DNA of 64,000 nucleotides from Atractiella rhizophila (Eukaryota). The stretch lies in the NCBI GenBank assembly GCA_021432655.1, contig MU271297.1:32005-96004 (forward strand), in the 5' to 3' direction. Shown here piece by piece: positions 61,127 through 64,000 of this stretch. Each line of letters opens with the position of its first letter. Within the stretch, counting starts at the first letter, position 1. The position numbers were made by a program, and so were the translations under genes. The notes beneath the pieces are model-generated. The model was not told where the DNA came from, ran no database searches, and saw only the letters and a program-made list of their open reading frames with translations.

Positions 61127-62562
61127 TCTTATTGCTCCTTACTTTTTCGGGTTGATATCCAAATCGCTCTACAGTCATAAACTGGAGCATTACTACGAAA
61201 GCTTTATATCCCGTCCACTAATCCTCATGGTGGTTCGTAAAAGTCAGCCTAAGAAAGCAGATAGCCAAACAATCTGACTCGCTGACGAAGCATGGATATT
61301 GTTACAAATACACGTCCAATTCATTGCAAAACAACAATGTGTCACATCCCGCCGTTTCCGCTGAATAAAGCTCGGAACGAAGCGGCCTCCCTGACTGCCA
61401 TTCACGATTAAAATGATGACTGACTAAAAGGCAGGACGTTATGGCTTGATGGGTCATTCAACGCCATTGCTCCGGGTTTTAACTAGTGCTTTGTAACTTT
61501 TGATTTGCAAAACAAAATGGATGATACGATCATGGCGAAGTGTCAACAGTGCACGCTTTCGTTTAGACTATAGTGGCGCGGAAAAGAGACTGGGTCATTA
61601 GCTGTGAGTTGAGCTCTTATCAGCCTCTTGACATCTGGACCAATCCGAATTTGCTCCTGGGACCACTCAAGGTATCAATGTACGGATGACGCTGCTTAGC
61701 TACTATATTTATTGCTTTCAATCAAGGTTACCCTGCCTCATGAAACTTAAGAAATGCAGGGGACAATAGTATTCAGCTTCAAATGACAACTGGGGTACTT
61801 GTCGAACTTCATCCCATACAATCCAATGCCGCTGTGAAGCATCTTGTCGATGTTGAAGTTGACAAGGTTCAAACAAGCACACATAACCTCACTCTAATCG
61901 ACCCATGGCTGCTGTGGCGAGAATCAGGAAGCTCACTTTGAACAGAGTCTCGAGATTTCCCCCGTTCCCCCGCGTAAACAGCCCATCATCAAATCTCCAA
62001 AGAATCCATAGCTCCAGCTCTTCGCAAATTCGCAGGAAAGCCAGTCGTTCGATCGAGCTCCGCTAGTGATCTTACCATGACTCATATCCGCGGCACGTTT
62101 TATGGTTCCTCTCTTTACCTTCCACCAACCAACAATCCTTCCCTCCTTCCCCGATTCCCAAGGTACCAAGAAGGGAATATACCTGAGTTGAGTGGTGCAG
62201 CCGAAGTAGAGGTGCACATAGTTCACGGACTCAATTTGGATACCAAGACTTGTCCATTGGCTGAGACGAGGCGGTGTCGATAACCAGTGCTGAGAGCGGT
62301 GGAGGTTATAAGAACTCTTCCCCTTCTTCCAGCGCAACCCCTTTTGTCAGCCCTATTGTCGGAGTGTCATCTTTCGCGGGATTGTATTCTTGTTCAGGTC
62401 TGCCTTGCTGTTACTCTGACTCTGAAGTTGATGAATTCACAGACTGACGTTGCACGCATTGGGAACAGCTTTTGACGACCGCCCCTCCCCCATCCTCCTC
62501 CCTCCTACTACCTCTCCATCTACCACCATCAATCCCACGCACCATCACCGACCATAAACAAA

Positions 62563-64000
62563 ATGTCATACCAATCGCAATCCCCCTCCACGCCTTTCGC
62601 CGACCCCTTCCGCTCTCCCTACGACCCCCCTCCGACGTACGCAACAGGTCCCAAGCCCAAGAAACAGAAGTACCAGAAGCCAGGTACACCAACTCTAGCC
62701 TCTCCGAACCAATCCGATTCGCCCAGGTCCAACAAACACGCTGCGCTGCCTAGACTGAATCCCTTCGGCTTGGGAGTCGGTGGAGGTCTAGGCAGCGCTG
62801 CGCCGCTCAGCACCACCAATCTACTCACCCCCGTCCCTCCTTACGAACCGTCTGGAGCTGGAGTGCCCGAGCAGAGCTGGAGGGGTCCGAGGATCCATGA
62901 AAAGGGAGACCCGACGGATAGCTCGAGTGGAGAGACGGAGAGTGAGGCGGAACCTCTCATTGAGGAGGGAAGGGGAGGGAATGCAGGAGCGGGGTATCAT
63001 GGTTCTCAACTTATTCGAGGCTTCAATCAGCCGGTTGGAGGTAGACCTTCCTTCGAATCTGCTGGTAGCATTACCCCTCGTCCCTCCACGGATTCCCAAA
63101 GGACAGAGACTGGCATCCGGATCGTGTATACGCCTACGACCAAGATTTATCCGAGTAGTCTCACGAAGAAGCAGCTCGAGGTTTATAATGGGTTTTGTAA
63201 TAAGGATATCGATAAGGAGGGGAGACCGAAGAATGAGTGGACGCTTATTGGAGACTTCTTTTGGAGAGGTGGATGGAGGAGGATCCCGTGGAGAGACTTT
63301 GGAAGGACGCTTCGAAAATGGTTTACCACTTGGAAATACCTTAGTACGCCAGCCCCTTCCCATGCTCGAAGACAGGGAAAGCTGACCAACTGGATGTGCA
63401 GAATGGATCATTGCCATCATCGTCTTCCTAGTCGCCATCGGGCTCCTCATCATCTACCAAGAAAACATCGTCGACGGCCTCACTCCGTTCGGGAACAGGC
63501 TCAAAGAGTTTGTTCTCCTTCGTACTTTCGAAGAAGGTCGGGGTAGCTGATCTTTCCTTCCTCTTCCAGTCTTCGAGGTGGCTTCCTCATCCCCGTCGCA
63601 CTCATCATTGTCCTTTCTTTCCCTCCTCTCACGGGTGCTGAAATCGTCTTCATCCTTGCCGGTGTAATTTGGGGTCTGGGAATCGGATTCGCCATTTCGG
63701 CGGCTGGAACCTTGGTCGGTGAAATCGCCAACTTCTAGTATGTCTCTTCCGTTCACTTCCCTCTACTGAAGCATCATGCTAATGGGCGATATAGTGTGTT
63801 CAGGTGGCTATTGAGGAACAGAGCGGAGCGGTATGAACGGAAAAGCTTCGAATGGGCGGCTATTTCGTATATCGTGAGAAAAGGAGGGTTCAAGGTATGC
63901 GATCTTCCAGTGTATGCATGGGAATACTAAATTGCTACTTTAGATCGTCCTCGCCGTCCGATACTCTGTGATTCCTAACAACATCTCAACGACCATCTTT
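62563..64000 (+). CDS. Tvp38/DedA (SNARE-associated Golgi) membrane protein, 3' truncated by window
   Basis: GGFLIPVALIIVLSFPPLTGAEIV..LAGVIWGLGIGFAISAAGTLVGEIANF, VRYSVIP. Confidence 0.8.

Overview
Gene-dense, intron-rich eukaryotic DNA from a basidiomycete fungus. Short (~50-70 nt) introns with GTNCGT/GTNNGT donors suggest Pucciniomycotina (inference only). Splicing by eye gives about 27 protein-coding loci. Housekeeping genes: AP-1 sigma, carnitine acetyltransferase, ALG3, HID1, a GCK/Ste20 kinase, AKR, S10 carboxypeptidase, GpsA-type G3PDH, arrestin-like, GT32, DHHC, RCM1/NSUN5, nucleoside hydrolase, GGC1, TVP38. Accessory genes: two FAD oxidases, a plant-type LRR secreted protein, a small Cys-rich secreted protein, an F-box protein and a cyanamide-hydratase-like protein. 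I saw no tRNA, rRNA, CRISPR array or recognisable transposon, and no clear multi-gene novel system. The most notable signals are: (1) frequent purine (AAG/GAG) 3' splice sites plus GC donors; (2) a head-to-head gene pair each carrying a ~1 kb intron, one encoding a UBL/PB1-like plus catalytically dead retropepsin-like (Ddi1-style) protein; (3) a tandem gene pair under purifying selection with different C-termini; (4) an effector-like gene with an in-frame TGA in its signal peptide; (5) a degenerate caleosin with perilipin-like 11-mer repeats. Indels near the assembly gap at 55389-55589 are probably sequence errors. All gene models and family calls are manual and from memory of motifs; none was searched.
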